DNA from: a virus
Reading direction: 5' to 3' (one strand)
IMG/VR virus record: IMGVR_UViG_3300045988_172164
DNA length: 49,190 bases
The notes below the pieces were generated by a model. That model did not search any database. It was given only the letters and a program-made list of their open reading frames with translations, and was not told where the DNA came from. The translations under genes and the position numbers were made by a program. This document shows, piece by piece, positions 1-8,740 of the stretch; within the stretch, counting starts at the first letter, position 1, and each line of letters starts with the position of its first letter.

Positions 1-36
1 CTACAATGTGCAACTGACCATAGAAGTCATTTGCTC
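1..36. repeat. terminal overlap: 36 nt identical to 49155..49190 (circular closure or assembly overlap)
   Basis: ctacaatgtgcaactgaccatagaagtcatttgctc is found at both ends of the window. A single reading frame is continuous across the joined ends. Confidence 0.9.
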
Positions 37-583
37 CCATCATAACCTCAAGGTCGCCGAATACGTTTTCACGCTCTGTCCACTTGGCATTGATAGCGTT
101 GGTGGAGAAATCATAAAGCAACTTATTCTTCAAAATCTGAGTCTTGTTAGCAGCAAGAGAGGCAAGAGCAGCTTCATCAAGCTTCTGAGCAAACTTGTAG
201 ATGTATTTCATCATCTTAGTTTCGAAGTCTTTCTGAATGCCAATCTCGTTGTTCATGTACATTGCAGGAGCAATTGTAAAGCCCCACGCATAAGTTGCGA
301 AAGTAATCTGCACCATCTTAGAAGTGTTTTCACTATCTGCAATGGTCAATGTACGGGTATTACCGATGGTAATATCAGCGTCATAGTCAATTACCGGAGT
401 CTCCAATACGTTACCGATTGAAGTCCTTGCTTTCGCTTTCAACTCCTCAGTGAGGATGCCAGTAGGGTCTTCGGACTGCACCATAAAAGCATTCAGCGCA
501 CCGTATCTACTGGGGCGATACTCAAACTTATCAAGGTTAGAGTTCGCACGAATGTTCTGGATACGTGTTAAAACTAAACTCAT
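1..583 (-). CDS. major capsid protein, N-terminal ~194 codons; the gene wraps the junction and continues at 48622..49154
   Basis: ATG at 583..581. The frame runs off position 1 and is in frame with the ORF ending at 48622 once the 36-bp overlap is collapsed, giving a joined product of ~371 aa. It lies directly downstream of a coiled-coil scaffold-like gene and upstream of a strong terminator. Its GC-richer codon usage resembles other presumably abundant products. Confidence 0.6.
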   Translation of the reverse strand, partial: MSLVLTRIQNIRANSNLDKFEYRPSRYGALNAFMVQSEDPTGILTEELKAKARTSIGNVLETPVIDYDADITIGNTRTLTIADSENTSKMVQITFATYAWGFTIAPAMYMNNEIGIQKDFETKMMKYIYKFAQKLDEAALASLAANKTQILKNKLLYDFSTNAINAKWTERENVFGDLEVMMGANDFYGQLHIV

Positions 584-679
584 AATTTAACTTTTTTAAT
601 TGTTAATACTTACGCTACTATGGTGCATTACCCTTTTACGCCTCATAGCGTTTTTGTTCTCTTCTTTAGGATGTGCCGT

Positions 680-1627
680 TTATTTAATAGGCAAACTTGC
701 CACATTATTTTCAGTTCTCAATTGCAAAGACTGATTAGCAAACTCTTGCGAGTCACGCGTCAAACCGTTTGCGAGCAGATGAGCCTCAATAGCTTTATCA
801 GCTTCAACTTGGCTCTTAATGCCTGATAAATCAAGTGTTCCGCCTGTTCCACCTGAGCCAGACCCAAAGCCACCTGTTCCTCCGCCTTGTTGCTGGCGAC
901 CTGTTTCGATAACATCTTTCAAAGAAGTTTCCATAACAAGCTCTTGCATCGTGTACGGATTGAGATTATTCTTAGGATTGTTAAGAATGTTACCGTCAGC
1001 TCCGCGGATAACAAGCTTTTTGCCACCTTGACCATCTTCGATAAAGTCCGGAGTACCCTTGGCCAATACCTCAGCTTTAGCTGCATTAAGCAGTGTCTTC
1101 TGAATAGGCTCAGTAATACCTGACTTGAACTTAAGACCAGCAATAGCAGCTTGGAAAGCATAATCTACATGCGTATTCTTAAGAGTAGTTTCAAACTCTG
1201 TCTTCTTAGAGTTGAATTCTGTTTCTTTTGTCTGGAGCTGAGTTTGAAGCTGAGTAACTTGTGCCTTAGCATCTTTCAACTGTTGACGCAAAGTTTCATC
1301 TCCAGCTCCTTTTTCAAGCTTAGACTGAAGCTCTGTAACTTGCACTTTAGCAGCATCAAGCTCAGCCTGAACTGTTTTTACAGACTCAGCTTTTGTCTTA
1401 TATTCACCAAGCACACGCTTTGCGTAGTCATAGCTCTTTTCACCGTCTTTTTTCTTGATACCGGTAATTCCAAGAATATCAGTATCATATTGCCCATGTA
1501 AAGCACCAATCTTAGTGCCAATTACAGTATTTTCGTCATTTTTCGACATTTCAGCAATGACAGTCAGCTGGGCATCTGAAAGACCAGCTAAAGCTGAATT
1601 TTGTCGTAGCATCTCAATTGTTAACAT
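680..1627 (-). CDS. head scaffolding protein (coiled-coil)
   Basis: 315 aa with a long Q/K/E/L-rich heptad region (VQVTELQSKLEK...QVTQLQTQLQTKETEF) and a Gly-rich tract. It sits between the portal-like and capsid genes. Confidence 0.55.
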   Translation of the reverse strand: MLTIEMLRQNSALAGLSDAQLTVIAEMSKNDENTVIGTKIGALHGQYDTDILGITGIKKKDGEKSYDYAKRVLGEYKTKAESVKTVQAELDAAKVQVTELQSKLEKGAGDETLRQQLKDAKAQVTQLQTQLQTKETEFNSKKTEFETTLKNTHVDYAFQAAIAGLKFKSGITEPIQKTLLNAAKAEVLAKGTPDFIEDGQGGKKLVIRGADGNILNNPKNNLNPYTMQELVMETSLKDVIETGRQQQGGGTGGFGSGSGGTGGTLDLSGIKSQVEADKAIEAHLLANGLTRDSQEFANQSLQLRTENNVASLPIK

Positions 1628-1645
1628 AGCTTTGTGATATTTTGT

Positions 1646-2110
1646 TTATTTATTTTTGACAACTAACTCTGCAGCATCTCCATAAGGGTCATGCAAGGCT
1701 TCCATGATTGTGTAGCCAAGGCCTTCGAAGTTCTTCTTAAAGAGTTGCCACTCTGCAAATGTGAACAACTGAGTAAATGGAGCAGACTCTTCTTTTCCGG
1801 TAAGCGGGTTAAATCTACGTCCGCGAACAAGTGACAAATGAACCATCTTCTCAGTACCTGCTTTAGGGACATAAGTAGATTTTTTGGTTTTTGCATTAGC
1901 GGCTTCTTTTTCTTCGATGACATCGTCAATATCAACCAAGAAAAGAGCCACATCATTAAGCTCATCCTGAAGCTCATCAGTCCAAGCTTTACCACCTTTT
2001 GTTTTCAGGGCTTCAAGCTTAGCTTTATGAGCAACAGCTTGTTTCTTATAGGCTTTTACTTCTTCAAGACTGTGTCCCTGTAGTTGCTGTAAGTCCATCT
2101 TTTGATACAT
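1646..2110 (-). CDS. hypothetical protein (head module)
   Basis: 154-aa ORF in the operon orientation between the portal and scaffold genes. It overlaps the portal stop by 47 nt, so the true start is uncertain. Confidence 0.45.
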   Translation of the reverse strand: MYQKMDLQQLQGHSLEEVKAYKKQAVAHKAKLEALKTKGGKAWTDELQDELNDVALFLVDIDDVIEEKEAANAKTKKSTYVPKAGTEKMVHLSLVRGRRFNPLTGKEESAPFTQLFTFAEWQLFKKNFEGLGYTIMEALHDPYGDAAELVVKNK

Positions 2111-3806
2111 ACTCTAAAAGTTTTTTGTTAATTATATCGATTTTTTCTCTCATTGGCTTGTTTGAAGCAAACTCAATTATGTTAATGTTCTCACGCTCGA
2201 ATTTTTCGACTAAAGTACTAAAATTTATTTTAAGTTTTACCAGATTTTCATCAATTAACTTTTTTTCATACAGTTTTAACACTTCGTCCAACGTTTTATG
2301 TGGATAAGGCTCCAACTGTTTCAAAATCAGCATCCTCTGAAGTACCAAAGGATTGTTGCGATACTCAACTTCAAGAATTTGTTGCGATATTGCATCTAGT
2401 TCTGAGTTGGACGCTCCATTCTCCTTTGCTTGTTTGTACTTAGAATATAGCTCAGTTACTGTGAAAACATAAAACTCTGTACCCCAGCTTACTGAAGACG
2501 ATATGAAAGCACCTCCATATCTGAGTTTGCAAACAGTATCTTCAACAAACTTCTGTGCCAACTCAAAATTGGTCTTAAGTGCATTAAGCACTGAAGTTTT
2601 ACTTTCAAAGTTAGCAGTTACTTGAGTCTCATTGATTGCTTCTTTCTCACTTACTGTACCTCCTGAACCAACTACTGAAATAACAATCTCATTTTTAAGT
2701 CTTGCACACTCATTGACGTTATAATCAAGTGAGTTTTTATCAATAGTGGTAATCTGAACTGGGTTACGCATGTCAGCTACACCCTCAGTCTGATTAGGGA
2801 TAGGCACTTCCAAGAATGAACCAGGTCCAGCTATTCGCTTTTCACTGCAGCAGGGGCATTTCTCCACAGTACCATCATTGAGTATTTTGTACTCACCTTT
2901 GGCATTGCGAAGAAAGCCTCCATCGCAGTAGTCACCAGTCTCATTATTCTCAAAATTACAGTCAGCCTCATAGGCACTGTAAATAGGATACGGAGCATAA
3001 AGGTCGAGGTGCTGTTTGGATAAGGCAAAAAATAGATACCAATCCAAGTTTGATAGCTCCTTGGTGATTGGGTTTTTCTTAAGGTCCTTGTTCTTCTCAT
3101 TGAGTTGCGTAGACCAAAAGAACCTAGCCGGGCAATATCCTAAATCATGTTGAGCTTCAGAAACTAATGACTGAATTTCATTCTTTTCGTCGAGTTGATA
3201 AACTCTTATAGAAGTATCATCAAATACAGCTATTCTATGTTCTGGCTGATTAAAAACAAGCCATTCAAACAAGTTTTCATCTTGCTTAGAAAGCTGGTAA
3301 TCGACTACAGCGTCAATTTCAAGCCAATAAAAATATGGCTCAGGGCGTGATGTAGTTTGTACTTGAGGAAGGTCAATTACTAAAATACTATTGGGCGATA
3401 CCTGCATTCGCTTCCATCCCATTGTCTTCCATACCTCTGGCTCGTTAAGATTGCTCTTACGATACAAAGCCCAGTCTTCTGCAAGCTCTGAGTCTGTAAA
3501 CTGATATGAGCTAGATGAGTTACGGCTATAGAAAACTCTTTCGAGCTCTCTATAGACGTCCTCAACTATAGCAGGTGTTGGCAACGGGAATTTGAACAGC
3601 TGCAAGAATATGTTGAACTTATCTTTTGGAAGCAGATGCTTTACCCAATCTAAGAATATGGTGGTAGGTTGGTTAATATCAGATACAGCAATATTCGTCT
3701 CAGTATGGAACCTAAGACGACGCTGCATATTTACAGCCTTCTGAATAACCTGTCTTTTAGACGGTTTTTGCAGAATTTGCTTTATCTGATTTAACTCTAA
3801 GGCCAT
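2064..3806 (-). CDS. portal protein (putative)
   Basis: 580 aa, at the expected size and position between large terminase and scaffold/capsid. No specific motif was verified. Confidence 0.55.
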   Translation of the reverse strand: MALELNQIKQILQKPSKRQVIQKAVNMQRRLRFHTETNIAVSDINQPTTIFLDWVKHLLPKDKFNIFLQLFKFPLPTPAIVEDVYRELERVFYSRNSSSSYQFTDSELAEDWALYRKSNLNEPEVWKTMGWKRMQVSPNSILVIDLPQVQTTSRPEPYFYWLEIDAVVDYQLSKQDENLFEWLVFNQPEHRIAVFDDTSIRVYQLDEKNEIQSLVSEAQHDLGYCPARFFWSTQLNEKNKDLKKNPITKELSNLDWYLFFALSKQHLDLYAPYPIYSAYEADCNFENNETGDYCDGGFLRNAKGEYKILNDGTVEKCPCCSEKRIAGPGSFLEVPIPNQTEGVADMRNPVQITTIDKNSLDYNVNECARLKNEIVISVVGSGGTVSEKEAINETQVTANFESKTSVLNALKTNFELAQKFVEDTVCKLRYGGAFISSSVSWGTEFYVFTVTELYSKYKQAKENGASNSELDAISQQILEVEYRNNPLVLQRMLILKQLEPYPHKTLDEVLKLYEKKLIDENLVKLKINFSTLVEKFERENINIIEFASNKPMREKIDIINKKLLEYVSKDGLTATTGTQS

Positions 3807-3969
3807 TTTCTTCGTCGTAATAATAATTGCTATCTTTTGGTAATTCCCATCCGCCGTTTAAGGCTGGGCTCATATCAAGCAATCGTTCTGCGTGTTGAAG
3901 GCCGAACTCTTGCTTGATATTATGCTTAGGCACAACCAGCGTTACCATTTGTTCTTTTTTCTTTCTCAT
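3757..3969 (-). CDS. hypothetical small protein
   Basis: 70-aa ORF in the operon orientation. It overlaps the portal start by 50 nt. Confidence 0.35.
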   Translation of the reverse strand: MRKKKEQMVTLVVPKHNIKQEFGLQHAERLLDMSPALNGGWELPKDSNYYYDEENGLRVKSDKANSAKTV

Positions 3970-3980
3970 AATTAAAGTTT

Positions 3981-4631
3981 TTAAGCTCCAGCGGAAGCTA
4001 CGTTAACCCAATCAGTGAGAGGATTAAAGTCCAAAGTTTCACGCTTGATAATGTAGAATTTATCACTCCAGTTAGGAACAAAAGACCAACTAATAGCATT
4101 GCTATCGGGCTCTTCGTATCCACCAAGTGACTTATCACCTACAAAGAAACTGTAGATAGGAATAGGCATGTACTTAGTAGGCTCATCGAGGTCATCTACC
4201 AAACAGCCAATATTACCATTTTCATCAATAAGATAAACACCGACATTTTCACACTGATACTGCTTCAACTGAGCAATAACTTTTTGGTTTTCCTGGTAAA
4301 TTATGCCTGTGAAATTTGTTGCTTCACGACCAATTGTAATAGGAATACCTCCGAGCGTCTGGTTTCCACCGCCGAATGTACGAGCCGCTCCAGCTTCTGT
4401 AGCAGGACTCTGAATATAAGGCGATACTGTCATCTTAGTACCATCAGCCGCAGAAAACAAAGCGGTAAACGATGCTTTCTTGGTCGGGTCTGTAACAGAA
4501 TTTAACTCTCCAGCAGTCTTATAGATACGCTGGAATGCAACTTTTTGCAACTGCCCCATGCTTTCTTTGCAATCATTAATTTCAAGGTCAGCAATATGTG
4601 CTGCAGCAGGGCATCCACAATTTAATCCCAT
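3981..4631 (-). CDS. putative abundant virion protein (possibly major tail/tube-like)
   Basis: 216-aa ORF immediately downstream of a TATATTTG promoter. Its GC-richer codon usage resembles the capsid and SSB genes. No diagnostic motif, so the function is inferred only. Confidence 0.35.
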   Translation of the reverse strand: MGLNCGCPAAAHIADLEINDCKESMGQLQKVAFQRIYKTAGELNSVTDPTKKASFTALFSAADGTKMTVSPYIQSPATEAGAARTFGGGNQTLGGIPITIGREATNFTGIIYQENQKVIAQLKQYQCENVGVYLIDENGNIGCLVDDLDEPTKYMPIPIYSFFVGDKSLGGYEEPDSNAISWSFVPNWSDKFYIIKRETLDFNPLTDWVNVASAGA

Positions 4632-4727
4632 TGTTCTTTATGTTTTTAATATTAATACTACCGAGCAGCTACCCTTAACTAGCATCGAATTACCTGTATT
4701 TGTTCAGAAATAAACTTCTTCACAACA

Positions 4728-4735
4728 CAAATATA
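4728..4735 (-). promoter_or_regulatory. -7 box TATATTTG (Bacteroidota type) upstream of 3981..4631
   Basis: The reverse complement of caaatata matches TAnnTTTG. It lies in a 420-bp AT-rich gap. Confidence 0.5.
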
Positions 4736-4798
4736 CTAATAAAAATTAAAAGCTGTATACTTTTTGACAATTTTTAACTAAAATATTTTTATTGTCTC

Positions 4799-4885
4799 AT
4801 TCTCGCATGATTTTTCTATTTTGATTATAATATCTTAAGGACAATATCTCGAAATGATTAGAAATTACGAGAATAATGCGAGAAT
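4799..4885. promoter_or_regulatory. 9-bp inverted pair ATTCTCGCA / TGCGAGAAT (GCGAGAAT boxes) separated by 69 nt
   Basis: 4799..4807 is the exact reverse complement of 4877..4885. Confidence 0.6.
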
Positions 4886-5050
4886 TTAATCTTTTGCACA
4901 TTTGTCACATAGAAGCTTTATTTTTCCATTCACTATAATTACTTTACCACAATCTTTTCTCAGCTCTTTTGTAGTCGGTTTATAGTGTATATAGTGATTT
5001 ATACAAGTACCACATTTATCACACGTGACTTCATATAGCTTTGTAATCAT
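4886..5050 (-). CDS. small zinc-ribbon protein (54 aa, below the ORF-track cutoff)
   Basis: Hand translation gives MITKLYEVTCDKCGTCINHYIHYKPTTKELRKDCGKVIIVNGKIKLLCDKCAKD. It has CxxCxxC and CxxC pairs. The ATG lies 4 nt after the terL stop. Confidence 0.4.
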   Translation of the reverse strand: MITKLYEVTCDKCGTCINHYIHYKPTTKELRKDCGKVIIVNGKIKLLCDKCAKD

Positions 5051-5053
5051 AAC

Positions 5054-6631
5054 TTAATTTCTTTGATGTATTTTACGTTTTCCACCTTTCCTACTATGCA
5101 TCTCCCATACACCAGTCAAGCAATCTGGAGCATCATCGTGTTGGTTTCTCTTCTTATTGTCTTTACGATATGACATAAGTGCATTGTAGAACTTAGGCCA
5201 CTTCTTATCCCAGCCTTCAGGGAACAGAATATCATTCTGAACTTGAGCTGAGGCTGTAAATATACGTGTTTTCTTATTTTCTGACTGCATAAATGTTCTG
5301 ATAGCGCACTTAAAGTTACGTAAATCAACTCGAAGTATCTTTTTGACATTTCTTGAGTAGCCTCGGCCACCATTATTTGACTCTATCAAGCAGTCAACGG
5401 TTTGGTTTCGTGCTAATAACTCAGCTTGTTTTGGCTCCGTTACTTCCATAGGAGCATCTGTAAACATTACATCTGTCACGTAAGCATATTCTGGTGTGTT
5501 TATGAAGCAAATAGAACACAAAAAGTCAGCTCCCGTGTCAGCTGTGTCAGTATAATTCCACTTTTGAAGTGCTTTATTGCCTGTTGGTAGCTCTTCTGGC
5601 CTATAAGTTCTAAACCCTTCATACATAAGACCCTCTTTTGGGGTTGGGTCTTGCATATACTGCGTATCAAACACTAACGGATTTATCTCACGCATCTTAT
5701 AGAGTTCTTCTAGTGTATGCTTCATTGGCCATAAGGCATGTTCTTCACCCGTTTCAGGGTCTGTTTGTATAACAGGCATTGAAAGTACAGTCCATTCATC
5801 AGGTTCTACATCTTGCAAATAGCCACACAAATCGTGTTCATGTAGTCTTTGCATAATAATTATGATTGGAGTATTGCGCGAGTTAGTACGATTACGAATT
5901 GTATTCTCAAAGCGCATGTTGATACGTTCACGGACAATATCGGACTCGGCATCTTCAGGCTTAATCGGGTCATCTATTACAATTGCGCCTTGGAAGATAT
6001 TAGTCGTAGCTCCTAGCATGCCAAGTACTTCATTGGTATGGTCATCAAACACAAAAATATCATTGCCGCCGTCCATTTTATCAATATCTGGGTCAATATC
6101 AACATTTCCTGCACCAAAGCCTGTTACTTGACCTTGCGTTGATACTGCATAAAGTTCACCGCCTGCTTTAGTTTTCCATCTTTTAGCTGACCCTTTCTCA
6201 GATGCAAGGGCCGAACTTGGAAAAAGTGCCTTATAAAGCTCTTCTTGCATGATATTTCGTATTGTCTCCGAATTATCATACACGAGTATATCTGAGTAAG
6301 ACAGATGCAAAAATCGGCACTTTGCATTTAATGCAAAGCAATAACTTATAAATGATTTGATAACAAGCTCAGTTTTACCATATCGAGGTGCTACGTTGAT
6401 TATAAGCCTTTTACATTTGCCATCTACTACATCTTGTAATGCCTCAAATATCCTCTTATGATGCTCTGCAACTATAAAAGAACGATGGTACTGGGCTTTG
6501 AACATTACCCGTGTATATTTTTCTAAAGATGATAGCAATTCTATTTTTAGAAGCTCTTTTGGGTTTACGGTTCCGCCATTAGAGGTGTCTATAGCTGATT
6601 GTTGCATCTCCTTTAATGATTTTATTGCCAT
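5054..6631 (-). CDS. terL: terminase large subunit
   Basis: 525 aa. Walker A is VAPRYGKTE and Walker B-like is AIVIDDP. The C-terminal nuclease-domain acidic residues and typical length are present. Confidence 0.9.
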   Translation of the reverse strand: MAIKSLKEMQQSAIDTSNGGTVNPKELLKIELLSSLEKYTRVMFKAQYHRSFIVAEHHKRIFEALQDVVDGKCKRLIINVAPRYGKTELVIKSFISYCFALNAKCRFLHLSYSDILVYDNSETIRNIMQEELYKALFPSSALASEKGSAKRWKTKAGGELYAVSTQGQVTGFGAGNVDIDPDIDKMDGGNDIFVFDDHTNEVLGMLGATTNIFQGAIVIDDPIKPEDAESDIVRERINMRFENTIRNRTNSRNTPIIIIMQRLHEHDLCGYLQDVEPDEWTVLSMPVIQTDPETGEEHALWPMKHTLEELYKMREINPLVFDTQYMQDPTPKEGLMYEGFRTYRPEELPTGNKALQKWNYTDTADTGADFLCSICFINTPEYAYVTDVMFTDAPMEVTEPKQAELLARNQTVDCLIESNNGGRGYSRNVKKILRVDLRNFKCAIRTFMQSENKKTRIFTASAQVQNDILFPEGWDKKWPKFYNALMSYRKDNKKRNQHDDAPDCLTGVWEMHSRKGGKRKIHQRN

Positions 6632-6676
6632 ATTATGCTATTTTATTAAATAGTTCGCGCGCGTATGTGCATTCTA

Positions 6677-7465
6677 TTATTTTAATAATGCTTCTCTAAT
6701 AACTATGTAGGCTTCTCTCGACACTGGCACATTAGGAAGAATACCAGTTTGTAGTTGTTGCTGTTCAGGCAGGTTCAGTTGCATTTGACCTTTGCCGAAT
6801 ATACGGTCCCAAAGCTTCTCAACTGTTTCTATATTGCCAAGTTTCATATCCTCTATAAGGCGCTTAATAACAGTTTTTATTACAACTGGTATTTTCTTGT
6901 TATTCATGAGAGCCTGAAGCTGACTTTCATTACAAGTCAATAAACACGCCAATAAATTAGCTGTATCTTGTTTTGAGAGCTGAACACTTAGATTTATATT
7001 GAGGCTAGTAAGTAGCTTAGTTATCTCAGGTCTTGTTGCTCCTTGAAGCTGAAGAAGCTGAGTTGTTTTGCCTGAGTATGTACCGCCTCTTTGAGCAATC
7101 TCAACTGGGTCAAGCGGAGTTACAGTTTGAGCCTCAATTGCTTCAATTGTTTCAATGTTTTTCTTATGTTCGGCCATTTTTTGAATTTGGGTTGTGGTCG
7201 ACAAGTCTTCTGCCTCATCTTGCGACAGTCCAAGCTCTTCTGCAAGGCTCTGTTTTTCTTCAATCTTTGCTTTTTCTCTGGCTAAGCGGCATTTCTCTAT
7301 ATATTTTATGCGCGCGAGCTCCTTTGCGTCCTTTTTAGCTTTGATAGATGCGGCCTCTTTAGCTATAGAAGCTTGAGTTGATGCAGAAGGACGATTAAGG
7401 CTTGGAGCCTGGGTCCTTGTTGGAAGTATAGAGCTAAGTTGCTCTTCTATTTTATTCTGTTTCAT
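6677..7465 (-). CDS. possible terminase small subunit / DNA-packaging accessory protein
   Basis: 262 aa, immediately upstream of terL, with a charged coiled-coil N-terminal half. The call rests on position only. Confidence 0.35.
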   Translation of the reverse strand: MKQNKIEEQLSSILPTRTQAPSLNRPSASTQASIAKEAASIKAKKDAKELARIKYIEKCRLAREKAKIEEKQSLAEELGLSQDEAEDLSTTTQIQKMAEHKKNIETIEAIEAQTVTPLDPVEIAQRGGTYSGKTTQLLQLQGATRPEITKLLTSLNINLSVQLSKQDTANLLACLLTCNESQLQALMNNKKIPVVIKTVIKRLIEDMKLGNIETVEKLWDRIFGKGQMQLNLPEQQQLQTGILPNVPVSREAYIVIREALLK

Positions 7466-8231
7466 ATTCTTTATTTAATCTATCTGTTATTTCTTTTTGC
7501 TTTTTTACTATTGCTTCTATATTTGCTTTTTTTGTAGCCTTAGCTTTTAATACTTCTTCAGCTTTTTTCCTACCTGCTGGAGTATTCTCTATAGCATCGA
7601 CTTTTTCGTAAGACCATAAAAATCCAGCCGCTGACTTTATATGGCCATTACAACACATGTTTATATTAGTTGCACTTATGTTTACAGCTTGTGCAGCTTC
7701 TTTTACGGAATTATATTCAGATATAAAAATTCCTGTCAGCATATCATACTTATATACTGGTCTTGATACTCTACCTCTGCGCTGCGGCTTACAGAACTGA
7801 GCCCATTTTTTATTGTTGGCTGTTACGTTATTTATCAAAGCATTATATAGGCAAAAAGCATAAGGCTTTTCTATTGAATTATTTACGAGCAGCAAAAAAT
7901 TGTAGCCCATTGGGTAATACGTTTTATTACTACTTATGAGGTTGTATTTAGCGCGCATTATTTCTTCATAATTGCCTTCAAACTTATTTTTTACCTCTAC
8001 AGTTATATATTCGCTGTTGATAAATGCTTGTCTCAGGTCTAAACCTTCTACTCTGTCGCTCATTATTTTCTGTACAAGTTTCTCTATTCCTTCGGCCACA
8101 GTCCATTCAAAGGTATGGCAAACCATAAGTTTGCTGTCATACTCGAATTCAACTGTAAAAACAGCCCAATTCATAGATAGGGTGCTTGCTGCTCCCACTA
8201 TATCTACCTTTATGCCACTTATTTCTACCAT
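7452..8231 (-). CDS. NUMOD1-type helix-turn-helix DNA-binding protein (no recognisable nuclease motif)
   Basis: VYKYDMLTGIFISEYNSVKEAAQAVNISATNINMCCNGHIKSAAGFLWSYE matches the NUMOD1 module seen in homing-endonuclease DNA-binding tails. It is the first gene after the promoter at 8247..8268. Confidence 0.55.
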   Translation of the reverse strand: MVEISGIKVDIVGAASTLSMNWAVFTVEFEYDSKLMVCHTFEWTVAEGIEKLVQKIMSDRVEGLDLRQAFINSEYITVEVKNKFEGNYEEIMRAKYNLISSNKTYYPMGYNFLLLVNNSIEKPYAFCLYNALINNVTANNKKWAQFCKPQRRGRVSRPVYKYDMLTGIFISEYNSVKEAAQAVNISATNINMCCNGHIKSAAGFLWSYEKVDAIENTPAGRKKAEEVLKAKATKKANIEAIVKKQKEITDRLNKEYETE

Positions 8232-8246
8232 AATTATTGTTTTTTA

Positions 8247-8268
8247 TTATTTTCGATATGCAAATATA
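8247..8268 (-). promoter_or_regulatory. promoter core TATATTTGCATATCGAAAATAA, 22 nt identical to 30556..30577
   Basis: The -7 box TATATTTG is at 8268..8261 on the minus strand. The identical 22-mer precedes the replication operon. Confidence 0.6.
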
Positions 8269-8291
8269 CTATATTTTTTCAAACTATAAAA

Positions 8292-8319
8292 ATTCTCGCA
8301 GCATTTTTTTTGCGAGAAT
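8292..8319. promoter_or_regulatory. hairpin / inverted GCGAGAAT boxes (ATTCTCGCA-N10-TGCGAGAAT)
   Basis: 9-bp perfect inverted repeat with a T-rich loop. A third copy of the box lies at 8329..8336. Confidence 0.6.
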
Positions 8320-8340
8320 GCAATTTTTGCGAGAATAGTT

Positions 8341-8626
8341 CCGTAACTGATTGATTTTCAACGTAAACAATGAGCGAGAATCGTAACTGATTGATAGTCA
8401 ATGAGTAAACAATGGAAACAATGGGAACAATGCTCTATATTCCTCTACCAAGTTACAATTAGTTGAATATATAATTATTCGTATTAAGTCTATAATAATA
8501 TATCTCAAAAATAAAAGATTTATATTTTTATTGTTTACATTGTTTATAAGTGGTCTATCTTATTGAAAATCAATTAGTTACGCGATAAACAATGATTGTT
8601 TACAATCGTTTCTCATTGTTTCTACC
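8341..8626. repeat. iteron/palindrome cassette A (AAACAATG / ATTGTTT repeats plus GTAACTGATTGAT arms around an AT-rich core)
   Basis: TAAACAATG occurs at 8364. TAAACAATGGAAACAATGGGAACAATG is at 8406..8432, and the inverted ATTGTTTACATTGTTTA at 8530..8546. The palindrome TAAACAATGATTGTTTA starts at 8586. GTAACTGATTGAT occurs twice, with an inverted copy ATCAATTAGTTAC. Confidence 0.8.
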
Positions 8627-8692
8627 ACTTTGCGAGAATGCCTGAAAAGAACGCTTTTGCGATTTTTGACTTGTAGCCACTTTGCGAGAATG
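8625..8692 (+). promoter_or_regulatory. two perfect 16-nt direct repeats CCACTTTGCGAGAATG, 52 bp apart
   Basis: 8625..8640 and 8677..8692 are identical. Each contains the GCGAGAAT box. Confidence 0.7.
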
Positions 8693-8740
8693 GAGACTGA
8701 ACTTTCAAAATTTTTCTGGATATTTGGATGAGTACCAGAA

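Noticed and set aside
1-36. 36-bp terminal repeat as a genuine direct terminal repeat or cos end
   Set aside because: It falls in the middle of the capsid reading frame and is very short. It is much more consistent with an assembly overlap of a circular map.
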